Below are positions 26,655 through 39,259 of a stretch of 64,000 nt of DNA, piece after piece. This DNA is from Eremomyces bilateralis CBS 781.70. Lineage: Eukaryota. The stretch lies in assembly GCA_010015585.1 (NCBI GenBank), contig ML975149.1. One strand, 5' to 3'. The number at the start of each line of letters is the position of its first letter. Within the stretch, counting starts at the first letter, position 1. The notes under the pieces were generated by a model. It searched no databases, was not told where the DNA came from, and saw only the letters and a list, made by a program, of their open reading frames with translations. A program made the position numbers and the translations under genes.

Positions 26655-27708
26655 TTAAAGTTTCTGCATAGCAAGCTATAAAATCGTTAGTATCGTGGCA
26701 GGAAGACCGGAGTGATGCAAAACATACAATGTCAGTGGACTGAATGTAGTCCTCGAACTCCTCCAGTTCCGCCTGGAGGTCATCCAGCGAAACCTTTTCG
26801 TCCTCAATGACGAGGTTGACTTGTAGCTTCTTGATGCCGTAGCCGATGGCCACCAACTTCGAAGCACCCCAGACAAGGCCATCCTTGTCGACCGAACGGA
26901 CACTGGCCTCGAGCTCCTTCATGTCTGTCTCATCATCTGTCGTTTGTTAATACACGCGCACAATGGGCGGTTTTAGTGGACATACCCCAAGGTTTCACTT
27001 CCATCGTGACGATGGATTTGGCAGCCGGCTTTGTCTTGCCCTCCTTCTTCTTCTTGTACTCAGCCAACCGCTCCGCCTTGATCCGCTCCGCCTCCGCATC
27101 CTCTTCCTCGTCACTGCTGCCGAAGAGGTCGACATCATCGTCGTCCTCCGCCGTCTCGGGAGCCTTGGCGGGATTCACGGTCAGTTCGCTGGCGTCAGGG
27201 CCATAGGCAGTGTATGCCGCTGACGAATCGCCCGGGAGCGAGGCGAACTCCGGCTGGAAGCTGGCGATGTGCTTGTACCATCGGTACGCGTGCGGGTAGT
27301 TCTCGACCGCGGGCTCCGACTTGATGGCCTCGAAGACCTTCACGTCAGCCTGTGATGGGCCGTAGCTGACAGTATCTGGTCAGCATTCGTCTTCCATGCA
27401 AACATCGAGAAGACTTCAAAGAATAGCAAAAATCAGAGGTGCGCAAAGCGCATGGTAGTAATCGTTTATCGGGGTCTTAAGCCGCATCATCAACACGGAC
27501 CAAAATTTATCATCATAAAAGCATGGTAGGCCAGAGCCTAAGAAGTAATAAAAGAACTGTGTTGACTCACCCGACGATGTAGCTTCGGGTCTTTGTCCAA
27601 CCATTGAGCACTGATGAAAATGTCAGTTTCGAGTCACACTAACGTGTAGGCGAGTAGAGGAAACTTACTGGTCAAGCCAGCTTCTGATACGAGATCGGTA
27701 AAACCCAT
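26655..27708 (-). CDS. EFB1: Translation elongation factor 1-beta
   Basis: MGFTDL start; [63 protein letters not shown] end; four introns. Confidence 0.95.
27433..27516 (-). ncRNA. SNR18: Intronic box C/D snoRNA snR18/U18
   Basis: Lies in the enlarged EFB1 intron 2 (27570-27366); box C ATGATGA, guide TTGGTCCGTGTT complementary to LSU rRNA AACACGGACCAA, terminal box D CTGA; same host gene as yeast snR18. Confidence 0.9.
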
Positions 27709-28182
27709 TGTGAAGGTATTGATGTGATATATGGGAGAAGTGGGATGGAGAGGAGGATGGAGGAGATGGAGGAGGATGGAGGAGAATGGAGAATTAGTGA
27801 GTGAAGTATTGATGTGAAGTGGTTAACCTCAGATAGAATATTTTTAAAGGGCGAGACGCCACGTGCGGCGAATTTGAGATTGCATCCCTTCGTGGACCCA
27901 GGACCCTCACTTTGCTTGAGGAGTGAGGTGAGGCAGGAACCAGGCATCAAGGCACCAACCCCCTCTCTCCAGGCCCCCCAGACCGCGTCAAATAGACCGA
28001 AGAGTATCATGCAATCAATCGCGCAATCAGAAGATCAATCGAGTCTCCTGGTAGGTATAACATCTGGATCCCTACATTTCCAACACTGATAGGTTTGTAT
28101 CATCCTGTTAGCAGGACAAAAATCGACGAAGGTATTTCACAACATAACCTCTTTGTCGGCAAGCAAGCCTCCAATCTCCACA

Positions 28183-29181
28183 ATGAAAGCATGGCAGTAC
28201 TCCAGCGCCGCTGGCGGCCTCGAGAAGAATCTCACGCTGGGTGACTTCCCCACCCCCAAACCAGAGTCCCTAAAGAACGATCAAGTCCTCGTCAAAGTTC
28301 TCTCCGTCGGGCTGAACCCCGCCGACTACAAGGTCCCCGAGATGGCCGGCGCGTTTAGAAACATCGTGGGAAAGCCCACCGTTCCCAGCACTGATTTCGC
28401 GGGCCGGGTCGCCGCGACGCATCCGACGAACGACGCGTTGAAGGAAGGTCAGCTGGTGTTTGGGAGGGTGGATCCGATGGCCTTTTCGGGCACGTTGGGC
28501 GAATACACGGTCGCCAAGTTGAACAGCCTTGCGACGATTCCCGAGGGCGTGGATGTTGACCAGGCGAGCGGGATAGGTACTGCGGCTGTGACGAGCTATG
28601 AGGCCATTGCGCCGTTCGTCAAGAAAGGGCAAAAGGTGTTTATCAACGGTGGCAGCGGCGGTACCGGAACATATGCCATCCAAATCTCCAAAGCCCTGGG
28701 ATTGGAAGTCGTCACGACCTGCTCGGCGGCCAACATCGACCTCGTGAAAGAGCTGGGCGCTGACGAAGTCTTGGACTACAAGGCAGTGGACATCTATGAA
28801 GAGCTGGGTAAGCGCGGTCAAGTCTTCGACCATGTGGTTGACAACATTGGCGACCCCAAGCTGTATCACTGTGGCGACAGGTATATGAAGCCAGCTGCGC
28901 GGTTCATTCAAGTTGGGGTTCCCCCTAATCCGGTACTCAGTATTGCCAGTAATACGCTGCTGCCGAGTTTCCTTGGAGGAGGAAAACGACCGTTCAAGTT
29001 CTATAGCATTGGCCCTTCTATCAAGGCCAGTTTGGAGCTGCTTGGGAAGTGGATGGGAGAGGGGAATCTCAAATCGGTGATTGAGCAGACCTACGAGTTG
29101 GAAGAAGCAGCGGAGGCTTTTGTGAAGGTGAGGTCAGGACGGACGAAGGGAAAGGTCGTGGTTCATGTTGCTAAGGAATAG
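28183..29181 (+). CDS. MDR-superfamily NADPH:quinone oxidoreductase / enoyl-reductase-like protein
   Basis: LNPADYK, DFAGRV, nucleotide-binding FINGGSGGTG, LGADEVLDY, GRTKGKVVV; intronless. Confidence 0.9.
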   Translation: MKAWQYSSAAGGLEKNLTLGDFPTPKPESLKNDQVLVKVLSVGLNPADYKVPEMAGAFRNIVGKPTVPSTDFAGRVAATHPTNDALKEGQLVFGRVDPMAFSGTLGEYTVAKLNSLATIPEGVDVDQASGIGTAAVTSYEAIAPFVKKGQKVFINGGSGGTGTYAIQISKALGLEVVTTCSAANIDLVKELGADEVLDYKAVDIYEELGKRGQVFDHVVDNIGDPKLYHCGDRYMKPAARFIQVGVPPNPVLSIASNTLLPSFLGGGKRPFKFYSIGPSIKASLELLGKWMGEGNLKSVIEQTYELEEAAEAFVKVRSGRTKGKVVVHVAKE

Positions 29182-29271
29182 TTCCATTATGACCTCGGAA
29201 CTCCCTCTAAATCTAATACGGTTGCCTCTCTAATAGTAAGCGGAATGAAATTTGAGCTAGAGCGGAGGGAG

Positions 29272-29738
29272 CCTCCGGGGTGGATAAAATTGAATCGCGT
29301 TTCTTGGCAGTTTTCTACACATCACCACTCTCCACCGAAGACAGGCTATGTAGCACCTTGCATGCAGTCCAATTCGCTCAAAAACAGCATAATATTGAAA
29401 TTAGTATATATTCCCTAATTAGCCAATTACCATAGATCTGTTTTGATGAACTCTCCGCCGCGCTCAACGAGCATCTGGCAGCGCAGCAGCATCTCTGCGA
29501 TTCGCGCCCGAATCTCCATCGTGATCTTTTCCCACTCCTCAATCAAGATCTGTTTGAGCTCGTCCAATGACTCCCATAACCTGCATTTTATACGCTGTTT
29601 AATGAAACTCCAAATTGCCTCAATTAGGTTGAGATCGGGGGATTACGCTGGGTGCTTCAATCGATGATAGAAGATTGTACAGAGAGTTGGGGTAGATCGA
29701 ATACCAAGAAATGCGACTCAATTTTATCCCCCCGGAGG
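29272..29738 (-). mobile_element. Non-autonomous Tc1/mariner-type element carrying a mutated transposase C-terminus
   Basis: ~38-bp imperfect TIRs (CCTCCGGGGTGGATAAAATTGA...); minus strand ~29668-29427 reads HPA*SPDLNLIEAIWSFIKQR...LDELKQILIEEWEKIT...CQMLVERGGEFIKTDLW*. Confidence 0.85.
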
Positions 29739-29741
29739 GAG

Positions 29742-29979
29742 CCTCCGGGGGGACGAAATTGAGTTACGTCTCTTGGCATCCCCCCAACCATCACCGCCAT
29801 CACAGGTAGGCCCAATTCGCTCAAAAACAGCATAATACCAAAAAGTATACTCTTTTCCTAACGAAGCAACTACTAGAGGTCTGTTTTGGTGAATTCTCCG
29901 CCGCGTTCTAGTTAAGATCGTGGGAACTGTGCTTAGGGGAATGCCAAGAAACGTAATTCAATTTCGTCCCCCCCGGAGG
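29742..29979 (-). mobile_element. MITE, shorter deletion derivative related to the adjacent element
   Basis: ~43-bp TIRs (CCTCCGGGGGGACGAAATTGAGTTACG...); shares CCAATTCGCTCAAAAACAGCATAATA and the last transposase codons with element 29272-29738. Confidence 0.85.
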
Positions 29980-30183
29980 GAGCAATAAGGCACCAAGGCA
30001 CCAATATATGGCATCGTCATATCTAGAATCTCCTGATGATTTCTATGACATTCTGGACAAGGGAACTATACAAAAAGCATATGATGCCTCTTCTTTGCAT
30101 TTCATGAAAATGATACTCCTCCAGGGATACAGACGATTTTAACACCGCCTGCATTGTCATTCCTGACCTTAATAGCGCCCATT

Positions 30184-32553
30184 ATGCTTCCCTCAAGAGC
30201 TCGTCTGCTCCGGCGATCACTATCGTCTAGAGTAGCTAATACCTCACAAAGGCGACCTCTGTTGCCCGTTCGTCTACCGAATACCTTCCTTCCCATACTC
30301 GCCACCCCTCCAACCCAAATACCACACACCCGATCCTACGCAAGTGGCGGCGCGGCGCACCCACCTGGCGGCACGCATCGAATGAACCTCGGAGGCGAGC
30401 CCGAAAAGAAGGCACTCGAGGAATACGGCGTCGACCTGAACGCACGAGCCAAAGACGGCAAATTGGATCCGGTCATAGGGCGCGACGGGGAGATCCATCG
30501 CACCATCCAGATCCTGTCGCGGCGGACGAAGAACAACCCGGTCCTGATCGGTGCGGCAGGAACGGGGAAGACGGCGATTCTCGAAGGTCTGGCACAGCGG
30601 ATCGTACAGGGCGATGTACCGGAGAGTATCAAGAACAAGCGGGTGATTGCGTTGGATCTCGGGCAGCTGATTGCGGGGGCCAAGTTTCGTGGGGACTTCG
30701 AGGAGCGGTTGAAGAAGGTGTTGAAGGAGGTGGAGGAGGCGAAAGGGGGCGTGATCCTGTTCGTGGACGAGCTACATACCCTTCTCGGCCTTGGGAAGGC
30801 GGAGGGCAGCATCGATGCGAGCAACCTACTCAAGCCACCCCTTTCACGAGGAGAGCTGCAGTGCTGCGGCGCTACGACGTTGAACGAATATCGGCAGATC
30901 GAGAAGGATGTAGCGTTGGCAAGAAGGTTTCAGCCGATCTTGGTTGGCGAGCCTTCGGTCCAAGACACCATCTCGATATTACGAGGCATCAAGGAGCGCT
31001 ATGAAGTTCACCATGGCGTTCGCATCACCGACGGCGCGCTCGTAGCCGCTGCGACGTACAGCAATCGGTACATCACAGACCGATTCCTGCCGGACAAGGC
31101 GATCGACCTCGTCGACGAGGCCGCCAGCGCTCTCCGACTTCAGCAGGAATCTCGACCCGACGCGATTCAAGAACTCGACCGGCAGATCATGACGATTCAG
31201 ATTGAGCTGGAGTCGCTCCGCAAGGAGACCGACGTGGCGAGCCGAGAACGCCGCGAAAAGTTGGGATCCACGCTCAACGAAAAGCAGGATCAAGTCAAGG
31301 AACTCACGGAGAAGTGGGAGCAGGAGAGGGCGGAAATCGACACTATCAAGACTGCGAAGGAGAAGTTGGAGAAGGCTCGGCTCGAGCTCGAGCAAGCTCA
31401 GCGAGAGGGCAATTTTGGCAAAGCGTCGGAATTGAGATATTCTACTATCCCAGGACTTGAGCAAAGTCTGCCACAAGAAGGGACCGATGCGACACGAACG
31501 ACCGACACTCTTATCCATGACTCTGTTACTTCCGACGACATCGCTGCCGTGGTCAGTCGATCGACCGGCATTCCTATCACTAAGCTCATGTCTGGCGAAG
31601 TGGAGAAGCTGATCCACATGGAAGACAAGCTTCGCGAGTCGGTTCGCGGTCAAGACGATGCTCTTACCGCCGTCGCCAACGCTGTTCGCTTGCAGCGTGC
31701 CGGGCTCAGCGGAGAGAACCGGCCACTTGCCAGCTTCATGTTCCTAGGGCCAACCGGGGTAGGAAAGACGGAGCTGTGCAAGAAGATGGCTGAGTTCCTC
31801 TTCTCCACCGAAACGGCAGTTACCCGCTTCGACATGAGCGAATTCCAGGAGAAGCATACCGTCAGCCGCTTGATCGGCTCGCCCGCCGGTTACGTGGGCT
31901 ACGATGATGCGGGTCAGTTGACCGAAGCCGTGCGGCGAAAGCCGTACGCGGTTCTCCTATTCGATGAGTTCGAGAAGGCGCACCGCGATATCTCCGCGCT
32001 GCTCTTACAGGTCCTCGACGAGGGGTTCCTGACCGACGCGCAGGGCCACAAGATCGATTTCCGAAACACGATCATCGTGCTGACCAGCAATCTCGGCGCG
32101 GACATCATTCTCGGAGACGAGCCTTCATTGCAGCGACACCAGCTTGGAGGCAAGGAGAGCAGCGAGATCTCCGAGCCAATCCAGAAGGCAGTAATGGACG
32201 TCGTCGCGCACAACTACCCTCCCGAGTTCTTGAATCGCATCGATGAGTTCATCATCTTCCGACGGCTCTCGAAAGCTGCGCTACGGGATATCGTTGACAT
32301 CCGACTCAAAGAACTCCAGAAACGGCTAGACGACCGGAGGATCACGCTGGAGGTGGATGAAGGCGTCAAAGAGTGGCTATGCGAGCGAGGATACGACCCT
32401 CGTTTCGGCGCAAGGCCACTCAATCGGCTCATCAGCAAAGAAGTAGGAAACGGCCTTGCGGACCAGATCATCCGTGGCCAGATCAAGACGGGCGATGCGG
32501 CGAAGGTCAGCATCAAGGAGGATAAATCCGGACTCGTTGTCTCTGGTGCATAA
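30184..32553 (+). CDS. HSP78: Mitochondrial ClpB-type disaggregase Hsp78
   Basis: Presequence and no ClpB N-domain; [59 protein letters not shown]. Confidence 0.95.
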   Translation: MLPSRARLLRRSLSSRVANTSQRRPLLPVRLPNTFLPILATPPTQIPHTRSYASGGAAHPPGGTHRMNLGGEPEKKALEEYGVDLNARAKDGKLDPVIGRDGEIHRTIQILSRRTKNNPVLIGAAGTGKTAILEGLAQRIVQGDVPESIKNKRVIALDLGQLIAGAKFRGDFEERLKKVLKEVEEAKGGVILFVDELHTLLGLGKAEGSIDASNLLKPPLSRGELQCCGATTLNEYRQIEKDVALARRFQPILVGEPSVQDTISILRGIKERYEVHHGVRITDGALVAAATYSNRYITDRFLPDKAIDLVDEAASALRLQQESRPDAIQELDRQIMTIQIELESLRKETDVASRERREKLGSTLNEKQDQVKELTEKWEQERAEIDTIKTAKEKLEKARLELEQAQREGNFGKASELRYSTIPGLEQSLPQEGTDATRTTDTLIHDSVTSDDIAAVVSRSTGIPITKLMSGEVEKLIHMEDKLRESVRGQDDALTAVANAVRLQRAGLSGENRPLASFMFLGPTGVGKTELCKKMAEFLFSTETAVTRFDMSEFQEKHTVSRLIGSPAGYVGYDDAGQLTEAVRRKPYAVLLFDEFEKAHRDISALLLQVLDEGFLTDAQGHKIDFRNTIIVLTSNLGADIILGDEPSLQRHQLGGKESSEISEPIQKAVMDVVAHNYPPEFLNRIDEFIIFRRLSKAALRDIVDIRLKELQKRLDDRRITLEVDEGVKEWLCERGYDPRFGARPLNRLISKEVGNGLADQIIRGQIKTGDAAKVSIKEDKSGLVVSGA

Positions 32554-32981
32554 TATTTCCGAAGAGCGGAACGAATTAATGAGGAGACATGTAGCGTATT
32601 TTGTATAACTATAGGTACTGGTATAGATCTTGCTGGACTTCGATTTGGTGCATAGCGTCGGAGCTCTCCATCATTGGGTTGTAGATAGGTTTCGACTCAG
32701 ATTGATCCTTAATGTATATTTGCTCATTTTAATCGACCATCTTATGTCAGCATTCCCTTCCAGAGTACCTTATTTCATTGATCCTCTATCAGTATTCAAG
32801 AGTAACATGTCGTGGTAGCTACGCCCCTTGATCGCAGCTTCCTTCTAGGAACGGTAGCCTAACATTGCTCACCTCATCTACATCGTCTATCCCGAGCCAA
32901 CTCATTGTTATCTCAACTCAACATTTGTATTGTCTCTAAATCATTCTCCGGCAGAGTGATGTAGTTCGTATCTGAGCAACA

Positions 32982-35900
32982 ATGCCTTCAAGAAATGGAC
33001 CTAGGTTTCAAGGGCGTACCTCAACTCTCTCTGTCCCATCATCCAGTCGTATATCTCGCTCTCCTTCAGTTTCAAGTGGCAATCATGTAGCTGCTACAGC
33101 GCATGCTCGTTCTCAGCCCTCGCGGCGCCAACGCGTAGCATTCAAATCATTGAAATCTCACCGGGCATCTACTCCACTAGCAAGGTCAGACTTGCCAGTG
33201 CAAAGTCCGATTCAGGATCATATTCCTGGGGCCGAGGAAGGCGAGGGGGAGAATGCCGACGAAGACTCGCTCAACGAGGTGGTCATGGCTGTAGACATCA
33301 GGAACAAAGGCACCGTTGGTTGCTCTTACTACGTGGCACGGGAAGAGAAGTTGTACTTCATGGAAGACATGAAGCTAGGCGGAATTGATATTGTTGAGTC
33401 ATGTATGTTTCGTGTATAGGACGGCAAATCATAGACGGCTAACATTCGCAGTGCGGCTTTCCATCGATCCTACAGTGATCCTGATATCTGGGCGAGCAGA
33501 TGATGCTCTTGCTGACAAGCTTGATACTAAATACAACGAAGCTGCCACAGTTGAGAATGACAACGATGTATTCCGGATGCCTTACGCACTCGATATTCGT
33601 CCTTCTTCTGAGTTCGGATACGAATCTGCCAAAAGTAAGCTGCTGGGTTTGAAGATCGGCTGCTTCGATGGCCCACATGTCTCATTTATTGTCCCAGGCG
33701 ACGTCGTACGCGACGATAGCCTCGAATTGGAGGACAGCGATGGATACTCTGGGCGTCCAGGGCTCTTGTTGCAGTTGGCGGGATGGATTGATCTGAACAG
33801 TCAAATCACAGTATGTTCATGGATTTCGCTGAATCCCAAGGCTAACTCACGTCAGGTCGGCTGCGCTGGTGCCGTTCTAGCATACCTACAGAAGCGAAGA
33901 ACCAACTCATTCCTACCGGGAGACATCGAGGCTGCTGCATTCTTCCGCGTGTCTGAGATTGCTATGTTCACCCTGAACGATACCATGTAATACACTCTTC
34001 CACCGCGAAAGAGTCTGCTTTGTTGACACTGAACAGGTTCATTAACGCGGATACCCTATTGTCCCTGCAAATCATGCAATCGGAGTCCAATCCTCATTTC
34101 CACAACCAAGGTCCGACGAAGGCTACCTCCGGTGCCAAAGAAGGGTTGTCAGTGTATGGACTGTTCCGTCATCTAGCACGAACGCCTCAAGGCAAACAGC
34201 TTCTGCGTCAGCAATTCCTCCGTCCCAGCCTGAGCCTCGAGATCATCCACGAACGCCAACACTCAATCTCCGTATTTCTCAGCCCGGAGAACTCAGCCCA
34301 CGTTCAATCACTCGTTGCTCACCTCAAGCAGGTGCAAAACATCCGTGTGACTCTAGTGAAGTTACGAAAAGGGATTTCCGGCGGATCCAACAAACGAGTC
34401 AGTCGCACGGTCTGGTCCACACTGCGTGATTTCGCATATAATTCTCTAAAGATGGTAGATTTCATTTGTGAAATTGCGGGCGGTGAGGAGCTTCGGATCG
34501 TGGCGTTGATTCGGGCGAATTTCGACCAGGCGAAATTTCAGTTCATCGGGAAGAGGATCCAAGCGGTCGTGAACTTTGAGGATTCGGTCGCACACCATCG
34601 TACTATTGTCAATCCAGGAGTCGATGATGTACTGGATGAGTTGCGTCGGCAGTACGACGGTCTTCCAGATCTCCTTGCATTGGTGGACCGGACACTGATG
34701 CAACAAGTACTGGTGGAGCTTCAGGAGCCGCTGCGCGTGCATTACCTTCCACGGATAGGCTTTGTGATTGAGGTTTTCGCTGGCGAGACTGGCATTAGTG
34801 ATGGCATTTATGGAAGTGACCCAAGCAACAGATGGACTCTCGCATTCACAAATGGTCCGCTTGCATATTACAAGAGCGCGGAAATGCAAGAAATGGACGA
34901 AAAGTTCGGCGATATCGCAACCAATATCGCGGACAAGGAGATCGAAATCGTTCACGCCCTTGCACAGGAAATTCTCGAGCTCGAGGATATGCTCATTCGA
35001 TGTTCAGATATCTGTGGACAACTTGATGTCCTGCTAGCACTGTCTCAAGGGGCGGCGCAGTACAACTTGGTAAGACCAACCGTCGATGAAAGCAATATCA
35101 TCAAAATCAAAGGCGGACGGCATATTCTCCAGGAACTCGTTGTTGACAGTTTTGTGGCGAATGATACCTACATCGCTGGAGGTGGTGGAAAAGAGTACGT
35201 GGATGGAGACGTGGAGGATCACTCAACCACCGAAGCTGAAGACGACAGAGGACCCAATATGCTCATGATGACGGGGCCGAATTATTCAGGCAAGAGCGTG
35301 TATTTGAAACAGGTCGCAATCATCGTCTACATGGCGCATATTGGCAGCTTCGTCCCTGCTAGTAGCGCGGTCATCGGCCTTACGGATTTAGTCCTCACGC
35401 GGATCTCCACACGCGAGACGGTTTCCAAACGACAAAGCGTATTTATGATCGACCTCCAACAGATCTCACTGATGATCAGTCTCTGCACACGTCAGTCACT
35501 CCTCATCATCGATGAGTTCGGCAAAGGGACCGAGTCAGCCGACGGCGCGGGACTGGCAGCAGGTGTACTTGAATACTTCCTGTCATTGGAGCACGAAGCA
35601 CCAAAGGTGATTGCGAGCACCCACTTCCATGAGATCTTCGAGAACGGTTTCTTGAACCCCGGGCCATCTCTTGCGTTTGCATTCATGGAGCTGCGAATCG
35701 ACGACGAAGCCGACGAGCCGAGTGAGCAGGTGACCTATCTATACAACCTCCGCGAGGGGCGCACGATGAGCAGCTTAGGGACCATGTGCGCACGACTCAA
35801 CGGTGTCCCCGAGGAAGTGGTGCAGAGAGCAGAGGAACTGATCCTGCTGGAGAGCCGTGGGGAGGATTTGGTAGCGGCTTGCACGCAGATATCGGGGAGA

Positions 35901-36074
35901 GATGTGAGGGACTTGGAGATGGCGGAGGAGGTTACGAGGCATGCCCTAGTAATCGAGTGGGGTGAAGTGGAGGATGCGAGAAAAGTGCTGGACGATATAC
36001 TTGGTCAGGCTGATGCGTTCGCTAGGAGCGTCAGTCAGGTGGTAGGAGACAGCCAGGACATGTTGATGAGATGA
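32982..36074 (+). CDS. MSH5: Meiotic MutS homologue Msh5
   Basis: TGPNYSGKSVYLKQVA, SVFMIDLQQ, IIDEFGKGT, STHFHE; introns ~33403-33451, 33811-33855, 33987-34036. Confidence 0.92.
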
Positions 36075-37328
36075 AGCGGGGATGACTGGATCACCACCGG
36101 ATGGTCGGACAGTCGGATAGTGGGAGTCACAGTTTGTGGGTAGGTTGTTCATTTCCTTTGCTTCATCATCCGAAATCACTTCGAATACCGTATCGTACGT
36201 ACGCCTCTATTTCTCACTACTCTAGAACAGCATAGCCTATTCAATATGCCTCAACTGTTCAATACGGAAGTTAATAATAAATGGAATGTAGTCTTATCCC
36301 CTACAGCCATCGGCATTAACGGAGATGAATCTTCTCGAGGTGCTTGCCGATGCTCGACATCCCGAACGGGCCCTGCATTGCATATTTATTTCATATATTA
36401 CTGGCCCAGCAGGATGGGGGACTGTAAGTCGACACACCAATGACCAATCACCAATGCAAGGCGGATGACAAAGCCAGCCCATGAAATTCCTAAGCCGATG
36501 TCCGCATTGTCCGAGCATGAAATCGTGGTCTCCGCCCTACGGCCGTCGGCATGGAAAATATCACGATCCCAACAGTCTGAGGCTCTTGAGTTCCCACTTC
36601 CCAGGGGCTAGGCGAACCGGGAGAGCCCGAATTGGAAGAAAAGCGGAAGAGTCAGTTGATAATTGAGATGCCGCGGTCTACCCTGATAAACCGAACGTTC
36701 GAGAACCCGTCGCCGATTGGCTCTATCCACAAAATCCCTGACAAGAGTTCGCTAGCAACCCGGCGACGCCACCGGGAGTACCAGCGAGCAAAGCTTAGCT
36801 GTTAATAGTTGCTGATCGGGGTTTATTAAACGCCGACTGTTGGGATTTGGAAGCTCTGTAACCATGCAGCGAATGAGGTCATCGACCGAGCAGCCCGTTT
36901 TCGAGCAACTACACATGCCGATTGCCGTGTGCGGATGTCAACATTCTCAACAACCATCCAGATGGTCGGAAATGGCAAAAACTGCGGTACTAGATCGAGA
37001 ACTTTCGACGGGCGCCCCGAGTCCAGAAAAATGATTTAATACCCTATCGCTCCGCGCCTTATTAGTCGTCCATGGTTTGATATTGACCCATTTCTTATTC
37101 CAGCATCTGCTTTGAGTATTTTCATATTCAATCGTTCGCGCTGTCAAGAGTCTATTTTCCTACCGTTACTTGTATCTCAATTCGTGACCTCAAATCATTG
37201 CAGCGTTGCGAGATTAGCCATTTTATATTCCCTCCTTCTGGATTTATATATAGGAGAAGAAATTCTACCGACTGAGTATCTAAAATTCTAACCTCAGTGG
37301 CACATTGCCACATTTCACACCACCCGCC

Positions 37329-39259
37329 ATGGAGTCTATCGACCTAGGCGAGAAGTCTAGGCAGGATGTATCTCCAGGCCAATCCCGCTCTCCCACCGCC
37401 CACCGAAAGGAAATCAAAGAAGAAGCAGAAGATCCTGCCCTCCACCGCACCTCCACCGGCTCCTCCACCTCCTCCCTATCCTCCGTCGCCCACCAAGATG
37501 TCGCCGTGTCCCGTGCCGCCACCCAGACCGAAGGCCCCCTCGAACGCTCCACCACCGCCCTCTCCCGCATTCAGACCGCCAGGAGCCAGCACACCGAGAC
37601 CGTCGGCGCCTCGATCCGCGCGCGGACACGCAGTCGAGCCAAGCCGATGCCCCCCATGGGCAACGGGAAACCCTATCCCCCACCCCTCCCCGAGCGCGAA
37701 GACTATGTGGTCGAGTTCGATGGCGAGGATGACCCGCTGCACGCGCAGAACTGGTCTATGCGGAAGAAGCTGCTGACGGCGGGGATCCTGGGGTACACGA
37801 CGTTCGTGGCGGCGTTTGCGTCGAGTATCTTCTCGGCGGCGACGCCGGTGATCTCTCAGAAGTTCGAGGTCGGGCAGACGGTGGCAGTGTTGGGGGTGTC
37901 GTTGTATGTGCTGGGGTTCGCGACGGGACCGATTCTGTGGGCGCCATTTTCGGAGTTGTATGGGCGGCGGATGCCGTTGGTGATTGCGTGTTTTGGGTTT
38001 ACGGTGTTTCAGTTTGCGGTGGCCGTGGGGAAAGACTTGCAGACGGTCTTGATTTGCCGGTTTTGGGGCGGGTTCTTTGGAGCGTGTCCCCTGACGGTCG
38101 TTGCGGCGGTGTTTTCGGATATGTTTAACAACCGGTCTAGGGGGATGGCGGTAAGTTGTTCTTCAAGTCGCCCACGGTTTAAATGAGGTGCTAATCCGAC
38201 CATTTAGATCACTGTTTTCTCCATGACTGTATTCACCGGTCCGCTCATGGCTCCTTTCGTCGGCGGCTTCATCGTCACGTCCGAACTCGGCTGGCGCTGG
38301 ACTCAGTACATCACTGGCATCATCGGCTCCAGCTGCTTCATCCTCAACCTCTTCTTCCTCCACGAGACCTATCCACCGATAATCCTCGTCAACAAAGCCT
38401 CCGAGCTCCGCCGCACTACCAAGAACTGGGGCATCCACGCGAAGCAGGAAGAAATCGAAGTCGACTTCCGAGAGCTCGTCGAGAAGAACTTCTCCCGACC
38501 CCTGCGCATGCTCATCTCCGAACCCATCGTCCTCCTCATCTCTGTCTATATGGCCTTCGTCTACGGCCTCCTCTACCTCTTCCTGACCGCATATCCGCTC
38601 GTCTTCCAGGGCGTCCACCACATGACTCCGGGCATCGGCGGCCTCCCGTTCTTCGGGATGATTACCGGGCAGCTATTGGCGGGCCTGTTCATGGCGCTCC
38701 GCCAGCCGGGGTATCAGAAGAAGTTGCGGGCGAACGGCGGAGTGGGTGTCCCCGAGTGGCGGCTCCCGGAAGTGATCGTCGGCGGCATTGCGTTCGCCGG
38801 CGGGCTGTTCTGGTTCCACTGGACGGGGTACAAGGCCAGCATCCACTGGATGGCGCCGACGGCTAGCGGTCTGCTTACCGGGTTTGGCATCATGTGCATT
38901 TTCTTGCAGTCGTTGAACTACCTTGTCGATGCGTATCTTATGGTATGTACCGACCTCTTTCACACCAACTCCCGATCCTTGCTAACATCCTTGTGTAGTT
39001 CGCCGCCTCCGCCATCGCAGCCAACACCTTCCTGCGATCCCTCGCCGGCGCGGGATTCCCCCTCTTTGCGACCCAGATGTACAATGGCATGGGCATTCAG
39101 TGGGCGGGCACGATGCTCGGCTGCATCGCCGTGGCGTTGATCCCCGTTCCCATCTGGTTCTATCTGCGGGGCGGGAATATTCGCCAGAAGAGTGCCTATG
39201 CGCCTACGTTCTCGAAGCCGCTGGCAGATGAGGCGACCTCCGGCGAGAGTCAGGCGTAG
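37329..39259 (+). CDS. MFS drug:H+ antiporter, 12-TMS (DHA1; Tpo1/Flr1-like)
   Basis: [47 protein letters not shown]; introns 38151-38207 and ~38943-38998. Confidence 0.9.

Noticed and set aside
30024..30058. Heat-shock-element-like GAA/TTC units upstream of HSP78
   Set aside because: Only degenerate units with several mismatches; plausible but not supportable from sequence alone
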